The translations under genes were made by a program, and so were the position numbers. From a virus: a DNA stretch of 64,000 nucleotides. Positions 37,437-46,516 of the stretch are shown here, in pieces (position 1 is the stretch's first letter; each line of letters begins with the position of its first letter). The notes under the pieces are model-generated. The model was given only the letters and a program-made list of their open reading frames with translations, was not told the DNA's origin and ran no database searches. The stretch spans positions 5,508 through 69,507 of the IMG/VR virus record IMGVR_UViG_3300032116_000145; one strand, given 5' to 3'.

Positions 37437-39245
37437 ATGCCTATACCAAGTTATATATTACCATCAGCACCAGCATACACAGAAGATAGTGTATATGCTT
37501 TAATACCTACTCCTAGTACTCCTATCTATACTCCTGATGCTATCTCCTTCACAAGAGGAAGCGATGCTACCAGAACAGCTTCTAATGGTCTTATTCAGAA
37601 GTCTCCTGTAAATTTAATACAACAATCAGAAAGTTTTGACAATGGAGTTTGGACAAAGGTTGCATCAAGTGTTACTTTGAACGCAACAATTGCTCCTAAT
37701 GGAACTTTAACCGCAGATAGTTTAATTGAAAATACTGCAACATCTGCACACGAGATGGTGCAAACATTTAATACTATAAGTGGAAATGTATATACTTATT
37801 CTATGTATGTAAAAGCAAATGGAAGAAACTTAATTAAGATTACATTAGCAAACCAATTTGGTGTAAACTCATTATCTTACTATGATCTAGTAAATGGTAC
37901 AACATACGGAGTAGGAGCTACAGCAACCGCATCAATTCAAAGTGTTGGCAATGGTTGGTATAGATGTGTGATTACATCAACTGCAACAAGCACAGGAACT
38001 GCTATACCTTATTTGACATTAATAATAAGCAGTACAACATCAAATTACACAGGTGACGGAATAAGTGGACTTTTTATCTGGGGAGCTCAGTTGGTAGAAG
38101 GTTCTCAACCCTTAACATATTTCCCTACTACAGATCGCTTAAATGTTCCTAGAATAGATTTCTCTCAAGGAAGTTGTCCTGCACTATTACTAGAACCTCA
38201 GAGAACTAACTTAGCGTTGTACAGTGATCAGTTGAGCGATGCAAGTTGGGGCAAGATATTTTCAAGTGTAACGGCAAATAGCACAACATCTCCCGATGGC
38301 AATACAACGGCAGACACATTTACTGCGGACGGAAGTAATAACCAACATTATGTAGTAGGTTCTACGAGTGGAACTATTACAAGTGGTTCTTCATACACAT
38401 ATACCATATACGCCAAAAAGAACACCAACAATTTTATCCAACTTTGGATATCAAATACATTTGGTGGGATGTTCGCAAACTTTGATTTGAATAATGGAGT
38501 TGTAGGAACTTTGGGAACTGGTGGGACGGGTAGCAATCCAACATCCTCAATTACAAGCGTAGGAAATGGATGGTATCGTTGTTCAATGACTTTTGTGCCT
38601 ACAACAACGGGCGTAGTAGGGTTATTGGTTGCAATGACATCAAGTGCAAGTGCGGTAAGAGCGGAGGCAAACACCCTTTCTACATCGGTATTTTTATGGG
38701 GATCTCAATTAGAACTTGGATCTTATGCTACTACCTATATACCTACCACTACTACAAGTGTTACAAGACTAGCTGATGCTTGTTTTAAGACAGGAATAAG
38801 TTCGTTGATTGGTCAAACAGAAGGAGTTGTTTATTTAGATATGTATTTTACACAACAAACAAGCGCAGGATTTAGAGGATTTTTCTCATTAGAAGGAAAT
38901 ATAACAAATCAATTTAGCGGTATTAATCCCCAAACCACAAACAACGGAAATGACATAAATTATGCGGGTACAAGTTACAATTTAACAACGGGAAGGCACA
39001 AAATTGCTTGTACTTATTCTCAAACCAATAACCAAAGAAAATTATTTGTTGATGGCGTTTTACGGTCTACAAGCACCCACACAAACTTTTTGGCAACTAT
39101 TGACCGAATTGGTGTTGGGTGTCGAATAAATTCATTTTCAGGTTTTGATGGGGATAGACCTCTAAGTACAGGAAGTGGTATTATAGCCCTTGCACTATAC
39201 AATACTCTTTTAACAGATGCACAATGTGTGAGTATGACTACTTAA
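37437..39245 (+). CDS. Fibre/spike protein paralogue 4
   Basis: Same architecture with a divergent LamG-like C-terminal module. Confidence 0.7.
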   Translation: MPIPSYILPSAPAYTEDSVYALIPTPSTPIYTPDAISFTRGSDATRTASNGLIQKSPVNLIQQSESFDNGVWTKVASSVTLNATIAPNGTLTADSLIENTATSAHEMVQTFNTISGNVYTYSMYVKANGRNLIKITLANQFGVNSLSYYDLVNGTTYGVGATATASIQSVGNGWYRCVITSTATSTGTAIPYLTLIISSTTSNYTGDGISGLFIWGAQLVEGSQPLTYFPTTDRLNVPRIDFSQGSCPALLLEPQRTNLALYSDQLSDASWGKIFSSVTANSTTSPDGNTTADTFTADGSNNQHYVVGSTSGTITSGSSYTYTIYAKKNTNNFIQLWISNTFGGMFANFDLNNGVVGTLGTGGTGSNPTSSITSVGNGWYRCSMTFVPTTTGVVGLLVAMTSSASAVRAEANTLSTSVFLWGSQLELGSYATTYIPTTTTSVTRLADACFKTGISSLIGQTEGVVYLDMYFTQQTSAGFRGFFSLEGNITNQFSGINPQTTNNGNDINYAGTSYNLTTGRHKIACTYSQTNNQRKLFVDGVLRSTSTHTNFLATIDRIGVGCRINSFSGFDGDRPLSTGSGIIALALYNTLLTDAQCVSMTT

Positions 39246-39266
39246 CAGACTTTACTTGAACTAACT

Positions 39267-39276
39267 TATATTTGTA
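39267..39276 (+). promoter_or_regulatory. -7 promoter element
   Basis: TATATTTGTA upstream of ATG 39296. Confidence 0.55.
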
Positions 39277-39295
39277 AAAAATAAAAATAAAAACT

Positions 39296-39661
39296 ATGCA
39301 ATACTTAAAGTACGAATTCCAAGACATTGCTTCTTGGTTAGAGAAAAAAGAAACTATTTGGTCTGAAGAGACTGGCTATGCTAACTGTCATGTAATTGAA
39401 GTAGGAAACATTACTCTTACTCCAGGTACTTATGATGAAGAAGGTAACGTAATCACTGAACCTGTAACTACAGGTAAGCATGCTATTGACATCGTATGGA
39501 ATGAATCAGAAGATTCTTCTTTTGCTGCTTTTAAAGTTTGGCCTGCTCCCTGTGGAGTACATACTGTAAGCGGATTAGAGAATTTGTATGAAGCTGCTTA
39601 CTATGAGCAATTCCCAGAACTTAAGCCAGTTATTGATTCCGCTACTGATCTTACCTTATAA
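39296..39661 (+). CDS. Acidic fibre-associated protein (possible chaperone)
   Basis: 121 aa; TPGTYDEEGNVITEPV motif; directly after the fibre genes. Confidence 0.5.
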   Translation: MQYLKYEFQDIASWLEKKETIWSEETGYANCHVIEVGNITLTPGTYDEEGNVITEPVTTGKHAIDIVWNESEDSSFAAFKVWPAPCGVHTVSGLENLYEAAYYEQFPELKPVIDSATDLTL

Positions 39662-39672
39662 TAACTAATAAC

Positions 39673-39993
39673 ATGAATAATATGAATTGGAAAATTAAAA
39701 ACATGATGGCTAAGCCTCACGAAGGTTTAGAGAACGTAGTAACTAGTGTACTATTCGAAGTGAGTAAGACCTCAGGAGAATTTACCTCTGAGTATAGTTC
39801 TTCTTGTATTCTTACATTGGGCGATTCTTTTACTCCTTTTGCTGATTTGACAGAAGATCAAGTTATTAGCTGGGTAAAAGCTGGCTTAGGCGAAGATATG
39901 ATTAAGTCTATTGAGAACTCTTTAGATGGTCAATTGGAGTCTTTGAATAATCCTCCAGTAAGTCCAGAGATCGTAGAGCTTCCTTGGTCTTAA
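39673..39993 (+). CDS. DUF7936-like fibre-associated protein
   Basis: W.I..M...GLENVV...FTPFADLTEDQVISWV...LPW pattern. Confidence 0.55.
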   Translation: MNNMNWKIKNMMAKPHEGLENVVTSVLFEVSKTSGEFTSEYSSSCILTLGDSFTPFADLTEDQVISWVKAGLGEDMIKSIENSLDGQLESLNNPPVSPEIVELPWS

Positions 39994-40019
39994 TTTCTTA
40001 AACTTTAATCTATTTATAT

Positions 40020-40108
40020 TCAGGTAGTTAGGAAGCGTCTAGTAAAAAGCTAAGTTTCTTGACTAATTTTTTAATAAAGTTATCTTTGTATAAGTCCTAA
40101 CTACCTGA
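40020..40108. repeat. Perfect 14-bp inverted repeat enclosing a promoter
   Basis: TCAGGTAGTTAGGA (40020-40033) and TCCTAACTACCTGA (40095-40108). Confidence 0.9.
40058..40090 (+). promoter_or_regulatory. Bacteroidota primary-sigma promoter for the lysis cassette
   Basis: CTTG-N19-TATCTTTGTA. Confidence 0.7.
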
Positions 40109-40121
40109 CTATCTCCAACTA

Positions 40122-40532
40122 ATGAAGACTGCTACCATCTCTTTTGCTACTGTTTGTGCTTTTTTAGGAAGTTACTTTCTACACTTAACAGCTGATAACG
40201 CAGAACAATACTTAGGTATTGTAGCTTCAATTCTACTAGACGGTTTCTTCGGTGTTTGGGCAGGAACAAAGAAAGAAGGTTTCCAAACAAGAAAAGCAGT
40301 AAAAGTTTTAAGAACTTTGTTTTCTTGGGTAGTTATTCTAACAGTTATATTAATGATTGAGAAAGGCTTTCAAGGCACTTTCTGGCTTTCGGAGACGTTA
40401 TGTGCTCCTTTTATTATCTTCCAATTGATTAGTGCGCTTAAGAATGCACACACAGTAGGAATCATTGACAATGGTGTTTTGTCTCAGATCTTAACTAAGA
40501 TAGACCAACACAAATTCGATCACACAAAATAA
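40122..40532 (+). CDS. Holin (phage holin 4-like)
   Basis: About three TM segments, D.F.GV motif, ISALKNA..VG, charged C-terminal tail. Confidence 0.75.
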   Translation: MKTATISFATVCAFLGSYFLHLTADNAEQYLGIVASILLDGFFGVWAGTKKEGFQTRKAVKVLRTLFSWVVILTVILMIEKGFQGTFWLSETLCAPFIIFQLISALKNAHTVGIIDNGVLSQILTKIDQHKFDHTK

Positions 40533-40536
40533 TCCT

Positions 40537-40851
40537 GTGAAGACTTTTCAAACCTACCTAAACATTATTTTACTCGGAGTAATCGCTTATTTACTTTTTA
40601 AAGATTACTCAGAAAAACAAGAGACCAATCAGGTCCTTAGCTTTATAGACTCTATAGATAAAGCAAACGATACTTACTTCGAAAAAATAGACTCTCTGGA
40701 ACATATCAAACACGAAGAGTATAGAACTTACGAAAAAATCAACTTAAAGTATGATACCATTCAGATTGCTATTGACACTATGCCTGATATTGACGGCACA
40801 AAATACCTACTCACAATCTCTAGACAGCTTACCGCTAAAGGAGTTGAATAA
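40537..40851 (+). CDS. N-terminally anchored periplasmic protein (i-spanin-like)
   Basis: GTG start, single N-terminal TM, helical remainder, directly after the holin. Confidence 0.45.
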   Translation: MKTFQTYLNIILLGVIAYLLFKDYSEKQETNQVLSFIDSIDKANDTYFEKIDSLEHIKHEEYRTYEKINLKYDTIQIAIDTMPDIDGTKYLLTISRQLTAKGVE

Positions 40852-41110
40852 CGAGTTCCTTAAAGGAATTCAAGCACGTGAAAGAGTAGTAAGTCTTAAA
40901 AAAATAATTAAGACAGATAGTACACAGTTAGTTTACTATAAGGATTCTTTGATTCCTAACTATCAAAAAGCATTAGATACAGCTAAAATAGAGATAGTTC
41001 GCCTAGATACTAAGGTAAGATCTCAAGCAGAAACCATAAAAACATTGAAGAATGTTTTGAAAGGTGGATTAATTGCTATAGCTTTGTTAACCATAGGGTT
41101 AATACTTTAA
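40751..41110 (+). CDS. Signal-peptide coiled-coil protein with C-terminal TM (spanin-like partner)
   Basis: Overlaps the previous ORF by 101 nt; signal peptide ending TYS|Q, coiled coil, hydrophobic C-terminus. Confidence 0.45.
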   Translation: MIPFRLLLTLCLILTAQNTYSQSLDSLPLKELNNEFLKGIQARERVVSLKKIIKTDSTQLVYYKDSLIPNYQKALDTAKIEIVRLDTKVRSQAETIKTLKNVLKGGLIAIALLTIGLIL

Positions 41111-41121
41111 CCTAAAAACCT

Positions 41122-42444
41122 ATGATGCCAATCTCTAAACAGATTATTCAATACTATATGAATAATCCAGACACAGACGAATCAGCCTTAGAAGTTGCTA
41201 TTCGTTTTGATTACTACCCAGAAGATCCTAATAACCTAAGAGCTAAAAGAGTTCGTGATCTTAAGCGAACTGCTATGTCTAAAGTAGTACAACAAAAACC
41301 TTTAAACTATTCTCCTGGACAAGCTACTGCTATTGTAGGAACTTACGATGAAAACTTAGAAAAAGGTACTTTAGAAGTATCTAAACTAGTTTCTGAGCAA
41401 CCTAGATCTGCTGAAGAGATAATTAAGATTCATAAAGTAGACACTACTAAGTGGAAATTAGTTCAATACTGGAGTAAAGAAAAAAGCTCAGGTTGGTTAG
41501 TGTCAGCTTTGTTTGCTCACATTAAACCTGAAGATACTTTTAGTGACGACATAGAAGGCATTCTAAGAGAAGTTTTCCTAGAATCTGGTATCGATGTATA
41601 CCCAACACCTAAAAAGTCTCCTGTAAGCGTTAAAAGAGGCTTATTTGTATACATGAGTGACAAACACGTAGGTGCCCTTACACATCCTACTGCTCTTTAC
41701 GGAAACGAGTATAACGAAAACGTCTTCGAAGAGAGGATGAACAAGACATTAGAGGAGATTGAGAGACAAGTAAAGACTTATGGAAGACTAGAAGATCTTT
41801 TTATTTGTGATTTAGGAGATTCTTTGGATGGTTGGAATGGCTACACTACTAGAGGAGGACATCAGTTACCTCAAAACATGAACAATAAGGAAGCTTTTAT
41901 GACTTACCTTTATGCCCATAAAAGGTTTTTTGATACTTTAGTAGAGAGAAATCTAGCTAATAACATTCATGCAGTAATGCAAGTAAATGACAACCATGCT
42001 GGAGATTATGGGTACGTAACTAATCAAGCGCTTACTCTTTACCTTAACACAGCTTATCCATTCATTAAAGTAACAATAATGGAGAAGTTCTTAGAACATT
42101 TTGACTATGGCAAACATACATTTATTTTTACTCACGGAAAAGACTCTGAGGATCTTAAGCATGGTCTTCCCCTTTTCTTAACTGAGAAAGCAGAAAATTT
42201 CCTTAACAAATACATTAATCACCACAGTTTAGGAGAGAATAAAAACATATCTATAATAAAAGGAGACTTACATACAGAGAGTATGCAACAAGCCTATAAG
42301 TTTAGATATAGGAATGTATTGTCAATGTATGGCTCTTCTAAGTGGATTATGAACAACTTTGGTCCAGGATATCCAGGAGTTTCCTTTGATTTAGTAGAAA
42401 AAGATACGGATTTGATTTATTCGTTTTATATTCGCTTTAAATAA
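41122..42444 (+). CDS. Calcineurin-like metallophosphoesterase with N-terminal extension
   Basis: SDKHVG, LGDSLDG, NDNH, THG and GDLH metal-binding motifs. Confidence 0.75.
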   Translation: MMPISKQIIQYYMNNPDTDESALEVAIRFDYYPEDPNNLRAKRVRDLKRTAMSKVVQQKPLNYSPGQATAIVGTYDENLEKGTLEVSKLVSEQPRSAEEIIKIHKVDTTKWKLVQYWSKEKSSGWLVSALFAHIKPEDTFSDDIEGILREVFLESGIDVYPTPKKSPVSVKRGLFVYMSDKHVGALTHPTALYGNEYNENVFEERMNKTLEEIERQVKTYGRLEDLFICDLGDSLDGWNGYTTRGGHQLPQNMNNKEAFMTYLYAHKRFFDTLVERNLANNIHAVMQVNDNHAGDYGYVTNQALTLYLNTAYPFIKVTIMEKFLEHFDYGKHTFIFTHGKDSEDLKHGLPLFLTEKAENFLNKYINHHSLGENKNISIIKGDLHTESMQQAYKFRYRNVLSMYGSSKWIMNNFGPGYPGVSFDLVEKDTDLIYSFYIRFK

Positions 42445-42451
42445 AAATACT

Positions 42452-42682
42452 ATGATTACCCTAGCAGATATAGATAAATTAATAAACCAATTCTACTTGG
42501 AGTCAGAGAAGGACGGAAGAGCAGTAAGACCTAATGCAATTCTATTAACAGAAAAGCAGTTTGGAGCCTTACTAGAAGAGATGGGAGTAGAAGAAGAAGA
42601 TGACGTAACAATAGAAAGCATACTAGGCTTAGATGTCATCCTAGCAGAAGGCTTAGAGTACCCAAGAGTAATAAGACTTTAA
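42452..42682 (+). CDS. Hypothetical acidic protein
   Basis: 76-aa ORF with A-rich leader; last gene on the + strand. Confidence 0.55.
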   Translation: MITLADIDKLINQFYLESEKDGRAVRPNAILLTEKQFGALLEEMGVEEEDDVTIESILGLDVILAEGLEYPRVIRL

Positions 42683-42688
42683 AGTACG

Positions 42689-45600
42689 TTAAAGTACGTT
42701 TACAATAATACCATTCTGAATATCAAAATTAATAGGAGGTAAAGGACTAGGTTGTTGTATTGTAACCATTCCTGTATATCCTGCAACACTGCCTAATACT
42801 CCAGCAGTAGAAACTACAGGACCATCTGTAGTCAAAGCAGTAGAGCTAATAGCTCCTTGTACCCTAGCTGTACCATTAACGTCTAATTTAAATCCTGCAT
42901 TAGTAGTTGTTCCCACACCTAAGTTACCTGCTGGAATAGAGGTAAAGGTTATGGAGGAGTTTCCAATTACTGTGGTATTTGAACCAAGTCCTAAAGCAAC
43001 GTTTCCAATAACAATTGAATTACTATCGTTATTGGCAAACATTCTTGCTCTGTTACCTATAGCAATATTTTCAAATCCAACTGTAAATTGAGTAGTACCA
43101 TTGTTTAGGTTTCTACCTGCTTGGTTTCCAATAAAAGTATTTCGATAACCAGTAGTTACGAATCGTCCAACTCCATCTCCCCCAAAAAAAGTATTCTCAT
43201 AACCAATAGTTAAACCATATCCTGCTAAATCACCTACTAAAGTATTGTTATTACCTGTAGTTAAACTTGCACCAGCAACACCTACTATAACATTTGCTTG
43301 TCCTGTAGTGATATTTTGACCAGCCTGTGCTCCAATTAAAACAGTCCTAATTGCTGCACCACTAGAAGCAATAATAGCATTACCTGCATTTCGTCCTAAA
43401 GCTGTAAGGTTTTGGTCAATAACCATACCTTGAACTCCAGACACGGTAAAGTAGCGAGCAGTAGTATTTACTTTATAGTATTGAAGAGCCAATCCAGTCA
43501 AAGAAGCATCTGTTGCAGAATCGGTATAAGTAGTCGTAATATTGTCATTAATAGTTACCAAAAACCTATGAGCATCAATAGTTTGATTTAACAATGTTCT
43601 GTAGATCTTACGGGCAGTTACACGAGGATCGCTAGATACAGGAATTCCAGTTAAGTTAACAGTTGTGTTTCCTGTAGTTGTAGTTACAGTTAAGTTAGCT
43701 CCTGCACTAGTCTCACCTATAGCAGTTACATAAGTAACAAAGTAATAGTATGTACCAACTCCTAAATTAGTTCCTGCTGATAAAGTAAACCCTCCGATAA
43801 CAGGAGGTGCAGCCAAAGGATTAATATCAAAAGAACCTTGAACCCGAACAGAACTTGTAGAAAGGGCTGTTCCCTGTACGTCTATTTTATAGTTAGGAGA
43901 AGAAGTTCCGATACCTATATTACCATTAGAAGCTGCGTATAATGCTGTAGTAGATGTTCCAGAAGCTCCGTTTACTAAAAGTACAATAACTCCACCTGCC
44001 TTAATATAAGTTTGTCCTCCCCATCCTGTATCTATGTGACCAAACTGAAGATCATTAGCAGCACTAATAAGAGCTGTTCTTCTGAAGGTTCCCCCAGAAT
44101 CTTTCCACCTTATCGGCCTATCGTTATCTAGTAATAGATCTCCAGAAGATACATAAGAATCGCCTATAAAGCGTGTTGTTCCATTTACATTTAATCTATA
44201 ACCCGAATCTGTAGTAGTGCCAATAAGTACATTACCTTTTAGTGCTGTTCTTACAATAGAGTCATTTCCTAATACAACAGTATTTGAACCTAAACCTGTT
44301 ACTTGGTTTCCAAAAACCATTTCATTAGTTACTCCCGTAGTAGCACTGACATTTGCTCTAAAACCAATGTAAATACCGTTATTTACAGAAGTTACTTGTG
44401 TACTATTATCTGCTATATATCGTCCAGCATTAAAACCAATTACAACATTATTGCTTCCGTTTGTGACAGCATAGTAAGCAGTTGTTCCCATTACGGTATT
44501 AGCGTCTCCTGTAGTATTGAAGTATCCTGTAAGATATCCAACAAATATATTTGACGCACCAGTAGTTGTACTTCCTCCAGTATAAGAACCTAAGAAAGAA
44601 TTATATCCTCCACTTGTAACAAATCTTCCTGCACCAATACCAAAATATGTAGCGTTAATATCCGCTATCATAAATCTAGTACCGTCTATAGTTAAAAAAT
44701 TAGCAGTTGTATTTGCTCTATAATAAACTCCTCTATAGTTAGTGGTTAAGGTACTATCGGCAGCAGTATCAACATAACTAGTTGCCGTGTTATCTGTTAT
44801 AGTAGCTAGTAGATACTCATTAAATGCAGATCCAACTTTTGTTCTATATAATTTTCTACCAATAACTCTAGGATCAGATGAAGTGGGAATTGTAAGAGTA
44901 ACAGTATTATTTCCTGCTGTTGTTGTTATTGAAACAGGACCAAAACCGTGAGTTTCTCCTAAGGCAGTATAAAACGAAAGATAATATCCATGTAAACCCG
45001 TATCCACAGAACCTCCAGCACTTATGACTCCCGATAAACTTGTAGGATCTGGTACTGGGTAAACGTCATAACCAATATGTGAACGAACTGCGTGCGCATT
45101 AGTAGTTCCTGCTACCTCTAATCTATATGTCGGAGCACTTGCTACTCCCAAACCAATAGAATTATTAGTAGTGTTTCCTGCTGTGGTTACTTGTGCTAGG
45201 GTAGGAACTGAGACCAAAGGAGTGCCTCCGAAGATGGTAGATATGCTTTTGTTCTTCCAAAGAGTACTTGAAGTTTCATAAACCACAAGATCATTATTAG
45301 CTGGAGAATTTAAAAGAACTCCATGTAACTCATCAAACTCATAACCGTTTTGAATATGAAGAACTATACGACCTGCGGTAGGGTGAGAACGAGCAATATA
45401 TCCAATAAATACTGCGTGATTGGGTTCGGCAGGAACTGTACTTGTCATTCCTCCAGCCGTAGTAGCAGACAACCAAACAGCAGCTCCATCAGCAAAAGCA
45501 GAAGTGTTTAAATCATGGAGGGTTCCGTTTGTTGCAACATAACCATCAGAATTATTATTAATGTTTGCTACAACTATACCTATGGTCTTAGAAGAAGTGG

Positions 45601-46036
45601 CCTCAGTATGTGCTTGAGATAAAACTGCATTAGGTCTGTTACCCGTAGCACCACTTAAATAAACTATCTGTCCCTTAGTTAAAGTAGCACCAGTAGAGTT
45701 TCTTACGATGATTTCGGTTCTTTCTGCACTATCTACTACTCCGTCATTGTCAACGTCATAAGTAGCCCTAAGCATATCTCCTCCACCTCCTACACTAATT
45801 GTTTTCCAGGTTCCATCGTCTGCTAAATAAAGATTACCTGCACCTGTAGCCCCTGTTCCTAGTCTATCAGGGTCAATAGTACCTATTGTTATGTACTTTG
45901 CATCAAATAGACGATAAGCAAGTGGTCCTGCCCCTAATGGAGGAGATGCAAAAAAGTATCCTGCAGGTATCTGAGGGTAAGGAAATGTGCTTGTATAAGC
46001 GGATAATTCTGCTAGAGTTAAGGGATTGTTTGGCAT
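42689..46036 (-). CDS. Modular tail-fibre-like protein, 1115 aa
   Basis: GGGDML..TYD.DNDGVVD.A, GNIGIGT.SP..K.DV.G linkers, NxxIG repeats and two copies of an Ig/FN3-like domain. Confidence 0.7.
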   Translation of the reverse strand: MPNNPLTLAELSAYTSTFPYPQIPAGYFFASPPLGAGPLAYRLFDAKYITIGTIDPDRLGTGATGAGNLYLADDGTWKTISVGGGGDMLRATYDVDNDGVVDSAERTEIIVRNSTGATLTKGQIVYLSGATGNRPNAVLSQAHTEATSSKTIGIVVANINNNSDGYVATNGTLHDLNTSAFADGAAVWLSATTAGGMTSTVPAEPNHAVFIGYIARSHPTAGRIVLHIQNGYEFDELHGVLLNSPANNDLVVYETSSTLWKNKSISTIFGGTPLVSVPTLAQVTTAGNTTNNSIGLGVASAPTYRLEVAGTTNAHAVRSHIGYDVYPVPDPTSLSGVISAGGSVDTGLHGYYLSFYTALGETHGFGPVSITTTAGNNTVTLTIPTSSDPRVIGRKLYRTKVGSAFNEYLLATITDNTATSYVDTAADSTLTTNYRGVYYRANTTANFLTIDGTRFMIADINATYFGIGAGRFVTSGGYNSFLGSYTGGSTTTGASNIFVGYLTGYFNTTGDANTVMGTTAYYAVTNGSNNVVIGFNAGRYIADNSTQVTSVNNGIYIGFRANVSATTGVTNEMVFGNQVTGLGSNTVVLGNDSIVRTALKGNVLIGTTTDSGYRLNVNGTTRFIGDSYVSSGDLLLDNDRPIRWKDSGGTFRRTALISAANDLQFGHIDTGWGGQTYIKAGGVIVLLVNGASGTSTTALYAASNGNIGIGTSSPNYKIDVQGTALSTSSVRVQGSFDINPLAAPPVIGGFTLSAGTNLGVGTYYYFVTYVTAIGETSAGANLTVTTTTGNTTVNLTGIPVSSDPRVTARKIYRTLLNQTIDAHRFLVTINDNITTTYTDSATDASLTGLALQYYKVNTTARYFTVSGVQGMVIDQNLTALGRNAGNAIIASSGAAIRTVLIGAQAGQNITTGQANVIVGVAGASLTTGNNNTLVGDLAGYGLTIGYENTFFGGDGVGRFVTTGYRNTFIGNQAGRNLNNGTTQFTVGFENIAIGNRARMFANNDSNSIVIGNVALGLGSNTTVIGNSSITFTSIPAGNLGVGTTTNAGFKLDVNGTARVQGAISSTALTTDGPVVSTAGVLGSVAGYTGMVTIQQPSPLPPINFDIQNGIIVNVL

Positions 46037-46065
46037 AGTAATAGGTCTAGAATAAGACTAACTAT

Positions 46066-46075
46066 TACAAATATA
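46066..46075 (-). promoter_or_regulatory. -7 promoter element for the 1115-aa gene
   Basis: TATATTTGTA on the - strand about 30 nt upstream of ATG 46036. Confidence 0.6.
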
Positions 46076-46085
46076 ATATAATACA

Positions 46086-46122
46086 AAAAATAAGAAAGGG
46101 GAACTTCTCAGCTCCCCTTCTT
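46086..46122 (-). terminator. Intrinsic terminator
   Basis: On the - strand: AAGGGGAGC-TGAGAA-GTTCCCCTT followed by TCTTATTTTTT. Confidence 0.7.
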
Positions 46123-46177
46123 GGTTGGTTTGGAAATAACTAAATAAACTAAAACTAAAAACTAAATAAACTATGAC

Positions 46178-46501
46178 TTACACTTCTTGTGGTCCACCTG
46201 TCAAGCTAAAGAAAGCAAGAATTTCTTCTTTTACTTTCAACTCAACTACGATAGGCTCACTAGTGATTTCAAATTTAGTGATTTTTACTGGAACTTTTTG
46301 CTTAGTAGCAGGATCAATTTTGTACTGATAGTCTACAGGGTTAAGTTTGTCTGCTGCTCCTTCAAGAACAATAGCTAAACCATTCTCTGTAGGGTAAGTC
46401 ATCAATACTTTGTTGGTGTCAAATGAATAACCTCTTTTAATGATGAGTTCCATTTCTTCACCACTCTCGATCTTTTCTCTTTCTGTGTAGTAGAATAACA
46501 T
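46178..46501 (-). CDS. Hypothetical protein
   Basis: 107-aa ORF in the - strand operon. Confidence 0.6.
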   Translation of the reverse strand: MLFYYTEREKIESGEEMELIIKRGYSFDTNKVLMTYPTENGLAIVLEGAADKLNPVDYQYKIDPATKQKVPVKITKFEITSEPIVVELKVKEEILAFFSLTGGPQEV

Positions 46502-46516
46502 ATCTCTAAATTTAAA

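Noticed and set aside
29590-39245. Diversity-generating retroelement or shufflon acting on the fibre genes
   Set aside because: No reverse transcriptase or recombinase in the window; no template/variable repeat pair with adenine-specific differences seen; all paralogues are full-length and co-oriented.
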